A stretch of 64,000 nt of DNA from Octopus sinensis (taxonomy: Eukaryota): contig NC_043006.1 of assembly GCF_006345805.1 (NCBI RefSeq), forward strand, positions 83,638,001 through 83,702,000, written 5' to 3'. Shown here piece after piece: positions 51,462-64,000 of the stretch. Every line of letters begins with the position of its first letter. Within the stretch, counting starts at the first letter, position 1. Position numbers and translations under genes: made by a program. A model generated the notes under the pieces. The model made no database searches, was not told where the DNA came from, and saw only the letters and a program-made list of their open reading frames with translations.

Positions 51462-51856
51462 TATATATATTATATTTATATATATATATATATATATTAT
51501 AATTTATATATATATATATAATATATATTATATATATATATATTATATATATTATATATATTTATATATATATTTATATATATATTTTATATAATATTTA
51601 TATATATTTATATATATATTATTATATATAATATATTATATATATATTTATATATATTTAATATATATATATATTTATATATATTTTATATAATATTTAT
51701 ATATATTTATATATATATATTATATATATTTATATATATATTTATATATATTATATATATATATTTATATATATTTATATATATATATTTATATATATTT
51801 ATATATATATTTATATATATATTTATATATAATTTATATATTATATATATATTTTT

Positions 51857-51907
<51 letters not shown>

Positions 51908-52041
51908 ATATATATATATATTTATATATATATATAATATATATAATATATATATATTTAATATATATATATATAATATATTTATAATATATATATATAT
52001 ATTTATATATATTTATATATATATATATTATTATATATATT

Positions 52042-52072
<31 letters not shown>

Positions 52073-52073
52073 T

Positions 52074-52105
<32 letters not shown>

Positions 52106-52266
52106 TTATATATATATTTATATATATTTATATATATATTTATATATATTTATATATATGTATAATATTTATATATATTTATATATATATTTTATATATT
52201 ATATATATTTATATATATATTTATATATTATTATATATATATATATATATATTAATATAATATATG

Positions 52267-52305
<39 letters not shown>
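51330..52305. repeat. Imperfect (AT)n tract
   Basis: Direct reading. Confidence 0.95.
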
Positions 52306-52356
52306 AATCGCTAGCTTCTGCACGTATTTTTTCTCTCCGTGTTTCTTTTCTGTGTA

Positions 52357-52394
52357 TCTTTCTGTTGAAGAGCGTAGGCTCGAAACGTAAAAGA
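52357..52394 (+). ncRNA. Minimal hammerhead variant (family C)
   Basis: UCUUU-CUGUUGA-A-GAG(CGUAGG)CUC-GAAA-CG-UA^AAAGA; 5-bp stem I. Confidence 0.72.
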
Positions 52395-52472
52395 CTGAGC
52401 GCCATACTAATACAATTGTTTGTTTGTACTCACCTGCCTTCGTCTTTTGGTTATTTTCATAAAGCTTCCCGT

Positions 52473-52548
<76 letters not shown>

Positions 52549-52869
52549 TCGTATATATACATATTTGTATATATATATGAAAAAGTGTATATATATATGG
52601 GTGTGTGTGTGTGTATGTATGTATGTATGTATGCCATAGTTGCTCTTAAATATCTAAGTCAAATTTACTGCAATAAAGGAAAATATGTAGTAACCATTAT
52701 TTATTTATATTCAATGAGAATATTATATACTCAATTTACATTGAGTGCTCTATTGTATCGTAATATTAATACTATTAAAGTATTTATACATTTAATACGA
52801 GCGATTATATATACTATATAATGTATTGTTAATAATATCAGGAAATCAATATCAGAAAATTCTATTAAT

Positions 52870-52914
<45 letters not shown>

Positions 52915-53549
52915 ATATCCTTATGAAAAGCAAAGTTTTCTTGTTTGTACGTTGATCGCTGAAAACACTAAATGAAATTGATATATTACAGGATAATTGT
53001 GTCATTTAATTTTATTTGACCATTCTGCACATAACTGTACACTTATTTTCCGAAAACGTATTGGGGAGGGTGGGATGGGGGGGGCTAGTCGGTGGTATAT
53101 TGGCTTCTGTTTCTATCAATCCACGCACTGTCTATTTCACCATAATGCTTTTTACAGAGTGAAAAAATAATCCACCTATCACTCAATCCACCTCTAACTT
53201 TCTTTAAGTTTATACATTACATTTATTCCTTTGAAGCCATGGCCGGACCTCTGCTTTCTCTCTGTCTACATGTCCCTCTCTACGTCTCTCTCTCTCTGAT
53301 TGTATATGTGCGTGTCTCTCACTACCTCTTTGTTTATCATGTAGGCAGTCATCGTAATTGTTATAATATCTTGTTGAGAGAGGCTCTCCTTCTTTCCTGG
53401 TGAGAAGATTGCAGTTTACACCGTTTATTCCTTTGGAATAAAACCATGTTGTCTTCGAAACATATGTCGAAAGTAAAATAATTTTATTAACATCTTCGTT
53501 CAACTCCATTTATTTATTTATTTATTTATTTATTCATACATATATATAT

Positions 53550-53584
<35 letters not shown>

Positions 53585-53587
<3 letters not shown>

Positions 53588-53752
53588 CGACAGGCTTCTT
53601 TCAGCTTCCGTCTACCAAATCCACTCACAAGGCTTTGGTCGGACCGAGGTTATATTACAAAACACTTGCCCAAGGTGCCACGCATCCGGATCTGAACCCG
53701 GAACCATGTGGTTGGTAAGCAAGCTACATACCACACAGCCACTCCTGCACGC
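53585..53752 (-). mobile_element. SINE S1, 5' part
   Basis: Reverse complement of the S1 head. Confidence 0.8.
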
Positions 53753-53844
53753 AATATTTGAATAATTTTTAATAACTTATAAGGAAAATGGGCATTACAA
53801 TAAATGCCAATGTGTGCCTTATGAATACATTTCAACACTGTACA

Positions 53845-53875
53845 GACCGGGCCGAAGGCCGGGTGGCCCTCTAGT
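53845..53875 (+). mobile_element. Possible Helitron 3' terminus
   Basis: GC-rich ccgggccgaaggccggg followed after a few nt by CTAGT, like 6717-6746. Confidence 0.5.
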
Positions 53876-54444
53876 ATATACATACATACATACATACATA
53901 CATACATACATACATACATACATACGACTCCATTCTCAGTAGAAGACATACATATACAACGATAATTACAACTGTTTTCGATGTGGGGGTTACTCATTTT
54001 GAAACTCCGCTTTTTATATTTCTGTTATCATTCTTTACGAATAATTGGATTTTATAAAACCACAAGTTTTAAGTTTACACTTACCAAATATTTGATTTTG
54101 GAATACGATCTCCTCAGAGGGTCGTTAACTACAATACAGCCTTCGAAAACGATTTCCACCTCCACTCAAATGATCTACTAAGTTGCAGTTTTATTAAACA
54201 ATTCCTAAATATTGGGTGTAGAACAAAGTTATATACAGAAAATATAATGTTTAAATACCTTGTTTTAGATGCGAGTTCATGATCACTGTTCTCCATGTCG
54301 GATGTAGAAATATTAATGCAATTTAAATCACGTTGGTCTGAAGCAAACCAGCATATGTAAAACAAAATGTTTTTTTATCGTGAATACTTATATCTAATTT
54401 AAATAAACATACTGAAATCTTAAAAATGACTAAATTAATTAAGT

Positions 54445-54650
54445 TTGGCACAAGGCCAGCAGTTTCGGGGAATGGGGTAAGTCGATTACATCGACCCCAG
54501 CATAAACTGGTACTTATTATATCGACCCAGAAAGGATGAAAGGTAAAGTTGACCTCGGGGAGTTTGAACTCAAAAGGTGAAGATGGGCGAAAATGTCGCT
54601 AAGTATTTTGCCCGGCGTGCTAACGAGTCTGCCAGCACGCCGCCTTAATA
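54445..54650 (-). mobile_element. SINE S2
   Basis: Reverse complement of S2. Confidence 0.75.
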
Positions 54651-54799
54651 AAGATAATGATAATAATCTTTTCTTTATTGACCACAAGGGTCGAACACAA
54701 GACAAAAAAGGACAATACAAAAGAAGAGACAAGTGGGGTTTAGCAAAAATTAATTGGCCACTATGTAACAAAAGAAATCATACTCAAATCAAATCTTGA

Positions 54800-56760
54800 A
54801 CTTACTGAGTCACAAGGGATTATTTACGCGTCTGCTAAGACAATTGAAGCAAGTTGTATGCCCCCGAAAAATCAAAGAAAACCAACCCTGAAAAAAATTC
54901 TAAACTGGAGAAGTAAAATTGAAAAAAGAGATTGAATTAATGAGGTGAAATATCAATATAAAATGAACGAATCTGTGGAGATAATGTAAGATCCAGAAAA
55001 GAAAGAAAGATGAAAAGAAAATATAGATTCTCACCAAAAGAAGAACTGCTTTCAACAAAGGAAACACTGCCACAAAAAGTCCAAGCAAAAGCTCAAAAAA
55101 TACGAAGATTTGAGAAGAGAAACAAATTTTACAAGCAAAATAAGCTGTTCGCATCCAATACGAAAACATTCTACAGAGAAATAGTGTAGGAGGAAAATAA
55201 CCGTTGAAACCCCGCTCCCATGGAAGAAGTTGAAGACTTTTGGGAAAATATTTAGATTGATGAAAAGACTTACAATGAAATTGTAGATTGGATTAGATGC
55301 ACAGAAGGATCCTACCAAAGTTTAACAGAACAAGCATGGGAAGACATCACAATTAGCAGACCTAAGGATGACATTCACGAAGACTCATAAGTGGAAATCC
55401 CCTGGTGAAGATAGGGTGCCATATTTCTGGCTCACATCGCCACCGTACGCGCACGAAAAGTTAGAAATTATGTGAGATCTTAAGAAAACACCCGATTTAA
55501 TAGTAAGGCGACGAGCTGGCAGAAACGTTAGCATGCCGGGCGAAACGCTTAGCGGTATTTCGTCTGCCGTTACGTTCTGAGTTCAAATTCCGCCGAGGTT
55601 GACTTTGCCTTTTTTCTTTTCGAGGTCGATAAATTAAGTACCAGTTACGCACTGGGGTCGATATAATCGAATTAATCCGTTTGTCTGTCCTTGTTTGTCC
55701 TCTCTTGTGGGTAGTAAAGAAATAGGTATTGCCTGCTTCCAAAGAATAGTAAAACCGAATTTCAAAACAGTGTCAGTTCATAACCTATATATCTACCACT
55801 TATAAGTATAAACATCCATCTTTGTGGAGTAAACATATGCATTTATGGAAACGGAACGATATTTTCTACACTTAGAAAGGGTGCTGACGAAGTTCATACG
55901 GATCAACTCCTAATCAACTGCATAATTGTTGAGAACTGTCAAGGCAAATACGGAAATCTCAGTTCCGCATGGATTAAGGCTTTTGACAGCATAACGCACT
56001 CATGGATCTTGAAATAGCTGGATATTGTCAAAACTTCTGTAATTTCAAACTTCCTGAAGCATAACATACGAATCTCCAATTATACCACTCCAATGGACTT
56101 TTAACAATATTAACATCAACGGTGGCATTTTCCAAGGTGACTCACTTTCAACTTTAATTTTTTACATTGTCCCAATACTCCTTGCAAGTGAACTTAACGA
56201 AACAAGATATGAGTATAAAATTCACAATAAGAAAGTAAGCCGTCTATTTTATGACTTAAAACTTTATGGCAAAGAAAATAATGAGCTTGAAGGCCTGTTA
56301 CGTGCTGTGAAAGCGTTCAATAATGACATCGAAATGGAATTTGGTCTTGATAAATGTGCCAATGCCACTTCCCAGAAAGGAAAATTGAAGACCTCAAATT
56401 CAGTCGCGTTAGTTGTTAACACCGTTGTAAAAGAACTTGAGCAGGAACAAACTTACAAATACCACAGAATAAATGAAGGCTCTGGCAGTCAGCATGCAAG
56501 TATAAAAGAGATCAAGAAGGAATGTTACAGGAGAGTTCGAACAGTCGTTAGGGGAGCAAAAATTTGCTATTGAGTTCATACATAATGCCCAGGTTGAACA
56601 GCATGATGGAAGTGCGGCAACTGTTGTTGCAAAGAAGGTGAAACCAGTGGTAAAGAAAAGAGCATATCAACAATTGGCTGATTGATAGGAGCAAAAATCT
56701 CTGTATGGCAAATATGTGGCCCATAGAAATCAAGCTGATGTAGACAGAAGCACACCCATA
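54800..56760 (+). mobile_element. Degenerate Dong/R4-clade RT region, interrupted by a SINE
   Basis: KWKSPGEDRVPYFWL, GGIFQGDSLS, DLKLYGK, DIEMEFGLDKCA, TYKY..I.E, IKKECYRRVR. Confidence 0.82.
55505..55730 (+). mobile_element. SINE S2 inserted in the Dong/R4 remnant
   Basis: Close match to the S2 consensus as seen elsewhere in the window. Confidence 0.85.
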
Positions 56761-56764
56761 AGTA

Positions 56765-57331
56765 TTGGGTTGTCCGGAAAGTTCGTGCCGATTTATCGTA
56801 GCTTACCTTTCGACTTATTTTAGAACATGATTGAGTCCATGAAATAGGATTTGACTACACCTCCATTTAGAGCACAGTTTAAGTTATCTTTTTGTGGAAG
56901 AAGGTCTTATGTTCCTATAACCTGTGTTAATTCTGTAACCCTTTAAAATGGAAGATGAGAAAGTTCATTTTCGACACTTGATCCTTTGGGAACCAGACAA
57001 AAATTGCTGCAGCTCGGCTGGGATGTGTTACCCCTCCCTCCATATTCACCAGATATTGCTCCTTCGGATTTCCACTTATTCAGGTCTCTGCAGAATAGTC
57101 TTAATGGTAAAAATTTTAATTCCTTGGATGATGTAAAAAGATACCTTGATGAATTCTTTGCCATGAAACCACCTCAATTCTGGGAAGAGGGTATTTTCAA
57201 GTTAAAGTAAAGATGGAGACACATTGTGCAACAAAATGGTTCATATTTGGTTGATTAAAAATGTAATGGCAAGTATTTATTGACCTTTTTCTTTCCTTTA
57301 AAAATCGGCACGAACTTTCCGGACAACCCAA
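56765..57331 (+). mobile_element. Internally deleted mariner transposon
   Basis: Perfect 30-bp TIR ttgggttgtccggaaagttcgtgccgattt, TA TSDs at 56763-64 and 57332-33; C-terminal PPYSPDIAPSDFHLF. Confidence 0.95.
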
Positions 57332-57639
57332 TATTTTCAAGAACCTTCTAAAATACTACTATGAACAACCTAATTTACTATTTTGCACGCGTGGGTCGTC
57401 AAAAATCCTATATGGACCCCGGCTTGAGTACATTAATTGTATATAATGTGGAGTAATTACGATAAAATATTGCGTAATAAGAAATATGCTATTATGTATC
57501 TAGGTCAACGGTGCAGATCACAAATTTGTGGTCTGTGTAGCCGATGATTTTGAACTATGGACAGCCTATGCTACTTCTATCTACTGGCCTACAAAATATC
57601 CTATCTAAAAACGATCTGTAAGACCCTATGTTGTTTGCC

Positions 57640-58560
57640 CATGTCCACATTTGCGCATTCGAAAAATCCAGTCGGTACCTGTCAGCCAAATGGAAACGAC
57701 TGAGCAGGTTTGTGATGCTTTTGCACCCCCACTCTCCTATCGGCTAGCCCCATCCTATCCAGTCGTGCATCCAAATGGCCTTCCAATCAGCCACTAAAAG
57801 TAAAGAGCGAGATGTCCCAAGTAAAACCTCTAAACGTCTGAAGAAAACAGGCTGCTCTGCCCCTGGTTGGGGCGTACACATCAACCAGTCTGAAAGCAAC
57901 ACCGTCGCTGCTACTCACATCCATGACCTTCGGATCCAGGAAGATCCTCCGTACCTCAAGATCCAAGCCTTTCCTAAACAGCACTGCCACACCACTCCCA
58001 TTCCAGGCCGACTAAGAGATGCGTAGATCTCAAAATCATCGAAAACGGGGCCCAGATCACATGTGTCGGATATCTTTGCTCTCATTAAGAATCACAGTTC
58101 TTTTTGTGATCTTATCTTTTTCACCTGGTGGCAGTACGAGAAGATTGAGCTTTAGCAAGCATTTTTGGAAGATTAGACCGAAATTAGTGACGAAAGAGTG
58201 CGCTAAGCATCTCTGTTGAGTAACTTTAGCAAAAGAAGCGCTGGTTTACTTGTCGCTGCTGCTGCTGCTGCTGCTGCGGCGGCGGCGGCGGGGCGGCGGC
58301 GGCGGCGGCTGCTGTTGCGGCGGCTGTTGGTAGAGGAGGACTTGGTTTCGTTTTCCTTCTAGAAAACTTTGTCCTGCTTTTCCTGAACAAAATTGTTGTC
58401 ATTGGAGTTGCTGTCGCTACCGCTGGTACTTCTGTGGTGTTGCTGTTGTTGCTGTTAGTGATGGTGGTAGTGGTGGTGCTGGGCTTTTCACTATGTCTGG
58501 CTGTTTGCCTTTTCAGTAGCAAGGTCAACAGGCGAAATTCAATTGCTCCCTCTATGAATC
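57640..58560 (-). mobile_element. Tx1/L1-like LINE remnant (end of ORF1 and APE start)
   Basis: AVLFRK, FRLVDVYAP endonuclease motifs; upstream low-complexity ORF1-like region with (CAG)/(CCG) repeats. Confidence 0.6.
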
Positions 58561-58629
58561 ATGTCCTCCTGCTCTCTCATTGACAACTGATTCTCTCGAA
58601 CATTATTATTATTGTTGCCATTTTGAAAA

Positions 58630-59879
58630 GTTAAAAAATTTTCCAGCAACGTGCCATCACAAGTGAAATCAAGAAGATCTGCCAGTTATACTTTGGCTGC
58701 TCTCTCGGGGAACAAGATAAAAGTTGGGCCCTGCATATCATCTGCTCAGTTTGTTCAAATGGACGAAGGGATTGGCTAAATAAGAGGAAGAGAGCAATGC
58801 CGTTTGCAATACCTATGATATGGAGAGAGCCAAAGCAGCTGGAAAATATGTGAAGACTTGAAGGTGATTGGAATGTTGATGGGAATTGCAATCTAGGTTC
58901 ACCAAATATTGTTGCTTTTTATGCCTATAGGACAGTTGTGCAACTAACAAGCACAATGTGCAATCAGAGTGGCCTTTGCGAAAATCATATGAGCCAGGAG
59001 TTTCTAGCGTCCAGAGTAAATCACTTTTAAACCGAGAAAATGTTCTTCTTCCCCCTCTTCACATAAAGCTTGGCCTCATGAAACAATTCGTGAAGACACT
59101 TGCCAGGAAAAGCCCAAGAGGTTTTGAATATGTGAGGGCCAAATTTCCAAAAATCCCCGAGGCAAAACTGATGGAGGGCGTATTCATAGGGCCGCAGATA
59201 AAAGAACTCCTGAAGGACAACCACTTCCCCACAGAACTGGATGAGATTGAGCTTAAAACCTGGGAATCCTTCAAATGGCTCTGTGAAAATTTCCCAGGCA
59301 ACAAGAGATCTCTAGAATTTAGAAATTGAGTGAAATGTCTTCTAGATTCCTACGCTGCAATGGACTGTTGGACGCCGCTAAAAGTCCATTTCCTTGATTC
59401 ACATCTGGACTTTTTTGCAGAGAATCTTGGAGCATTGTCTGATGAACAAGGGGAACGCTTTCATCAAGATATTGCATCGATGGAACAAACGATATCAAGG
59501 ATTTTGGAATGCAGAAATGTTAGCTGACTACTGTTGGATGTTATACAGGGATGAACCTGAGACATAACACCATAGAAAGTCCAAATCCCAAAGATTTTAA
59601 AGTTGTTATGCATTTGAGTGTATTCTAACTTATTTGTACACAATAATCTTAATTTTGTACAATAAAAAGCCATGAAATTATCGTATCTTTTATTCAATAT
59701 ATTTTATATAGACATGATTTACGTATCCTATAAGTGAAAACAGCGGGTATCATTAACATGAAAATGTTACCTGACAGAGGAAATCAGACTTCAGATTCGT
59801 AATCAGCATCAAAAATTAACCCAGAAAAGTCAATCAACAACTCTGATGATTAAAAAAAGTTTCATTTTGTTGACCAGTG
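58630..59879 (+). mobile_element. Chapaev3-like (CMC) DNA transposon remnant
   Basis: HIICSVC, PFAIPMIWREPK, LLPPLHIKLGLMKQFVK, KLMEGVFIGPQI, KVHFLDSHLDFF..NLG..SDEQGERFHQDI; ends ...ccaGTG. Superfamily name from recall of the motifs. Confidence 0.65.
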
Positions 59880-59914
59880 TAATTTTGTCTAACGTTGCTA
59901 GCTTACTGCTGCAC

Positions 59915-60080
59915 ATTTGGTGGTGGTGGTGATGGTGATGGTGGTGGTGCTGGTGGTGGTGCTGGTGGTGGTGGTAGTGTTGGTGATGTTGTTGTTGTTG
60001 GTGGTGGTGGTGGTGGTGGTGATGGTGGTGCTGGTGGTGCTGGTGGTGGTGATGGTGGCAGCGGTGGCGGCGATGGCGGA
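59915..60080. repeat. Compound (GGT)n microsatellite
   Basis: Direct reading. Confidence 0.95.
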
Positions 60081-60284
60081 GGGGACAACGTTCTCACAGG
60101 AGCTGTTGGTTATTATCTTACTCTGCTGCGATGGCGGAGCTGGAAACAAAGCAAGGTTACTTTCAAACTCTACTCTACTATTGTTGTTGTCGTTCTTGCT
60201 ACCACTTTGTATGTTTTATGGCGTAGACGAAGTAGCTTGGCTGGCAGAAGCAGAAGACACTGATTCTTACTTGTGACCGCCATT

Positions 60285-60323
<39 letters not shown>

Positions 60324-60879
60324 CTGTTTGTTTAGCAAGAGTTCAGCCATACTGATATTTGGAAAAAAAATTTCGAAAGAAAAACTTTCCTTTCGAAATT
60401 TCGTCCCTTAGGACACACAACAAACGTTCTTATTCAGACCCCTTTGGTCTGCTCAACAACAGATACACAATGTGTCAAAGCAACAACAAATAATAGACTT
60501 TAACAAGGAAAATAAAGCTAAACTTACAGGAGCGATGTGCAACACTTGTCCAGACACGAACAACCAGTAATAGTAATAATGTTGATGATTTCATTTATTT
60601 GCTACCAGGGCGAAGGAGGAGGGGCACAATACAAAGACAGACATAAAATGTGGGAGTTTATGTATAATTAAAATGATAAAATAATTAATTAAGTAACAAA
60701 GCAAAATGTAAGTATACACGGTATATAATGAAAAGGAAGGCAAATATACGTAGTATGCAAAGGCTTTAATAAAAGGGCAGGGGGTGATAGTGATGTAGCC
60801 CTCCTGATACAGGATGACCTCTAGGGATAATCGAGGAACCCAACTGTCCAAGATGCTGAACACTAAGGGCAACTGCTCT

Positions 60880-61860
60880 CTCCAATTCCCTCTCTCCGAC
60901 TCACAGGTCTACACTTAGAAAGGCACCATCCACTCTTGCCATTTTCGCAACTTTCATCCACCTTTCAATAAAATCACTCGAGGACAGCACTTCCCTCTCC
61001 GCCCTCGGTTTCTTCTTCAACTGAAACTTGAAGAATTCAAACTTGAGACCTCGACCAAAGAGGAATGCGTCTGTCCTCATGTTTTTCAGCCTCGTCCAGT
61101 AAACAACTTCTTTTGCCACAGACACCAGGCAAAAGAAAACTGCCTTACCTGTCCGATTGAAGGAGGGCGGCGGGGTAATCATCACTATGAATTCGGCCGA
61201 TAGACGTATCCGTCCCACACACGACGGCAGCTGTTCGACATAACCCCACAAGTCAGCAATCCCCGGATACCGAACGAGTGCGTGCAGAACGGTTTCGTCA
61301 CACAAGCGAGTCTGACAGCGCTGTAGAGTTTATCTCGAACCGTGCCTGTAGAATTTATCTTGGACCGGCAGCACCCCCGCTCACCGGTAGCACTACCAGG
61401 CCAAGGACATCTGGAAATTATCCATGATATTTCCCGACCGGAAAGTTCTTCGGAACAGACTAGCTAGTTCGTTTTCGTCGATGCCCAGTGTCTCCCCGAG
61501 AACGTCGTCGCACTTCCCCGCCACTAATTCTCTATAATTTTCAAAAGCGTAATATTCACCGATCCCATTACCTGACAGGTAAAGGGCTGTGAGCGCCTGA
61601 CGACATTCTAGGTGCCAGGTGCCCACTCTCGGTCTTTTCTTCACCCAGTAGTGCAGCTCCGTCAAGGAGACGGGCTGCGGAAAGACGAACCTCACAAACG
61701 GAGCCCACACATGCTCACCGTCCAGAAATCGTTGCAGGTGGCGTAAACTAAGAGCGTGTCTGCGCATTAGGGTCCACATCGTACCTAATTCGCCACTCAA
61801 AGGATGCTGGCAACAGACAGACCGCCTGACCGTCCCTTCCACAAGAATTTAAAAACGCAC
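60880..61860 (-). mobile_element. Tx1/L1-like LINE ORF2 3' end (zf-RVT region)
   Basis: DETVLHALV, LWGYVEQL, CLVSVAKEVVYWTRLK, FIERW in ORFs 60901-61305 and 61393-61842. Confidence 0.7.
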
Positions 61861-62035
61861 ATCCACCGTTTGGGCTACCTGATGTTATCCACAGTAAAGA
61901 TATAATTTTCACTGGATCTACGTCAGAAACTCCCTAGTGTTTGTTGAGTTTGTAGTTGATAAAGGAAACGGAAGATGGATTTAGTACAAATCTTTATTAT
62001 AATCATTCGTACCAAATTACCGTTACCTTTATCAA

Positions 62036-62080
<45 letters not shown>

Positions 62081-62563
62081 ATATTATATGTATAAAAATA
62101 CAAACAGGGACAAGAACGTAAAACATTTAGAAGACGATACAAAAAACACGGATGGGACATTCGAAGCCTTCAATCTTCAGTCAAGAACCGGATCATCCTA
62201 GCAATTTCGGCTGATTAATCTTGAGATCGCTCCGATCCGGCCAGCCCCAAGGAAAAACTAATCTACGAGCATTAGATTTCTTGGAAGAAGGATCGAATGT
62301 ATACGAAACAGGGGCAGAAAAACGGACGATGCCACACGAATATAAAATACAAAAAACAATAATGGTAAAAACAGGACAAAAACAGCGGGTGTCTTACGAC
62401 TAATAAAAAGTACAAGTTTAGCTGGTGTATTTGGAAAAAATGCCTTTATCGGCAGACGAAGACAACAGATGTTCTCACGGCAGTGGTCGGAGGCCAAAAG
62501 GCTGATTTTGACCAGCGGTCACGTGAGAGAAGAGAAAGAAAAGAAAGGGGGCAAAAGAAACAA

Positions 62564-62601
<38 letters not shown>

Positions 62602-62687
62602 AATCCAAACGGGAAACAAAAAAACAACAACAATGGAACAATTACAGTATTATTATTAATAGGCGCTCAGGAAATGGAAGCAGGGAG

Positions 62688-62722
62688 GTATGACGTTTCG
62701 AGCGGAGCTCTTCGTCGGAAAC
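62688..62722 (-). ncRNA. Minimal hammerhead (family D), U4->C
   Basis: GUUU-CCGACGA-A-GAG(CUCCG)CUC-GAAA-CG-UC^AUAC; the surrounding sequence is homologous to 34500-34700. Confidence 0.68.
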
Positions 62723-62894
62723 ATAAGAAGGAAGAGAGAGAAAGAAAGATCCCAGAGCGGGCAACAGGGATAGAGAAAAAAAACGACTGGTGTTTACGAG
62801 TTACACATGGTGAAAGGCGGATGTTTACGATAACAAGAGCAAAGTAGGTTTTTAAAGGCAAAAGAGTGGAGACAAGGTTGGTAACGCAACAGAT

Positions 62895-62942
<48 letters not shown>

Positions 62943-62945
62943 CCC

Positions 62946-63114
62946 AAAATTAAGGAATGCAGTTGATAAAATCCGGGTTACATGTTTCATAGCGAGCGGA
63001 ACCTCGGAAGTAGCAATTACACAAGCGACACCTCGCCTGGATAATTACTACTTCCGAGGTTCTGCTCGCTATGAAACATATCTAGCCTGGATTTTATCTT
63101 CATTCCTTAATTTT
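62946..63114. repeat. Imperfect inverted repeat (about 74-bp arms, 22-nt spacer)
   Basis: atgtttcatagcgagcggaacctcggaagtag ... ctacttccgaggttctgctcgctatgaaacat, extending outward. Confidence 0.85.
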
Positions 63115-63319
63115 TTTAATTCTTATTCGCATACCTGACAACTCTGGTTGCCAACCGTGAACTATGAAATAATTCTTCTCAGCGTTTCGTACTTCGATAC
63201 GGGAAAAATTCATCATCTTCCGCACCATGAGCCACTACTGTTTTTGAAAGTTGTTTTTTATATCTTCTACAGATTGCTTGACGCTCACTTACTTCTTACA
63301 CCTTGATCCTTCGATTTAC

Positions 63320-63364
<45 letters not shown>

Positions 63365-63367
<3 letters not shown>

Positions 63368-63490
63368 TCGTTACTCTTTTACTTGTTTGAGTCATTTGAC
63401 TGCGACCATGCTGGAGCACCGTCTTTAGTCGAGCAAATCGCCCCCTGGACTTATTCTTTGTAAGCCTAGCACTTATTCTATCGGTCTCCT
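63365..63490 (-). mobile_element. SINE S1, 3' part
   Basis: Reverse complement of the S1 tail. Confidence 0.8.
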
Positions 63491-63956
63491 TTGACGTCAC
63501 AGAACATAAACAACATGAAATACGAAAACATTTTTTGCGAACAACAACAGAAACAAATGGAAAAGAAAAGAAGTAACATAAAGAACGACCCTTCGTCAAT
63601 TGTCGGCTGTTTTTCTACTCCGTATTTCGAGCAATCTACGACAAGATACGTCTCCGACAAAACAAAGCAAATTAAATAAAATTTGGGATTTTGTGGAGGG
63701 TCAAAGTTGGTAACAAAAGCAGGACAGTGAAACAAACAGAAAGGACTGCTAAGCCTTAACGAGGTGAGTTGGCGAACGCTGCAGGAACAAGCTTTGATAG
63801 GAAACAGACACGACTGCGTCTGATCTCTGCCGCTGATCGGAAGGAAAGAAAGAATCTCAAGTTAGGAAAAGAAAGATGGCCGATGGTTATGTGCGAGCAA
63901 CGAGAGAGCAAATATATATATATAAAATTCTTTACACATATGTATATGTGTGTGTG

Positions 63957-63957
<1 letters not shown>

Positions 63958-64000
<43 letters not shown>
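63958..64000. repeat. (GATA)n microsatellite
   Basis: Direct reading. Confidence 0.95.

Overview
Eukaryotic, AT-rich, repeat-saturated genomic DNA. It is very likely an octopus, inferred from the tRNA-derived SINE families, abundant (AT)n/(GT)n/(CATA)n microsatellites and TTAGGG repeats. Two host genes face tail-to-tail. One is an intact intronless 662-aa secretin/adhesion-class (Methuselah-like) 7TM receptor with a somatomedin-B-like Cys-rich ectodomain (24919-26907, +). The other is an SLC16/monocarboxylate-transporter-like MFS gene (-), with three in-phase exons traced (40402-40545, 36529-37587, 32347-32534) and its 5' exons not located. The rest is mobile DNA: three Penelope-like elements (PLEs) of at least two types, RTE, Dong/R4, Tx1-like and CR1/L2-like LINE remnants, Merlin, mariner, Chapaev-like and Helitron remnants, a MITE and many SINEs, plus a 100-N gap. 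The most notable hidden structure is a dense set of minimal type I hammerhead ribozyme motifs, about 12 copies in 5 short repeat families. They include a tRNA-headed SINE carrying an intact hammerhead, a 554-bp tandem unit with one hammerhead per monomer (retrozyme-like), and a family whose ribozyme can be tied to the 3' end of an autonomous-type PLE in the window. All folds were derived by eye and no ribozyme activity has been shown.
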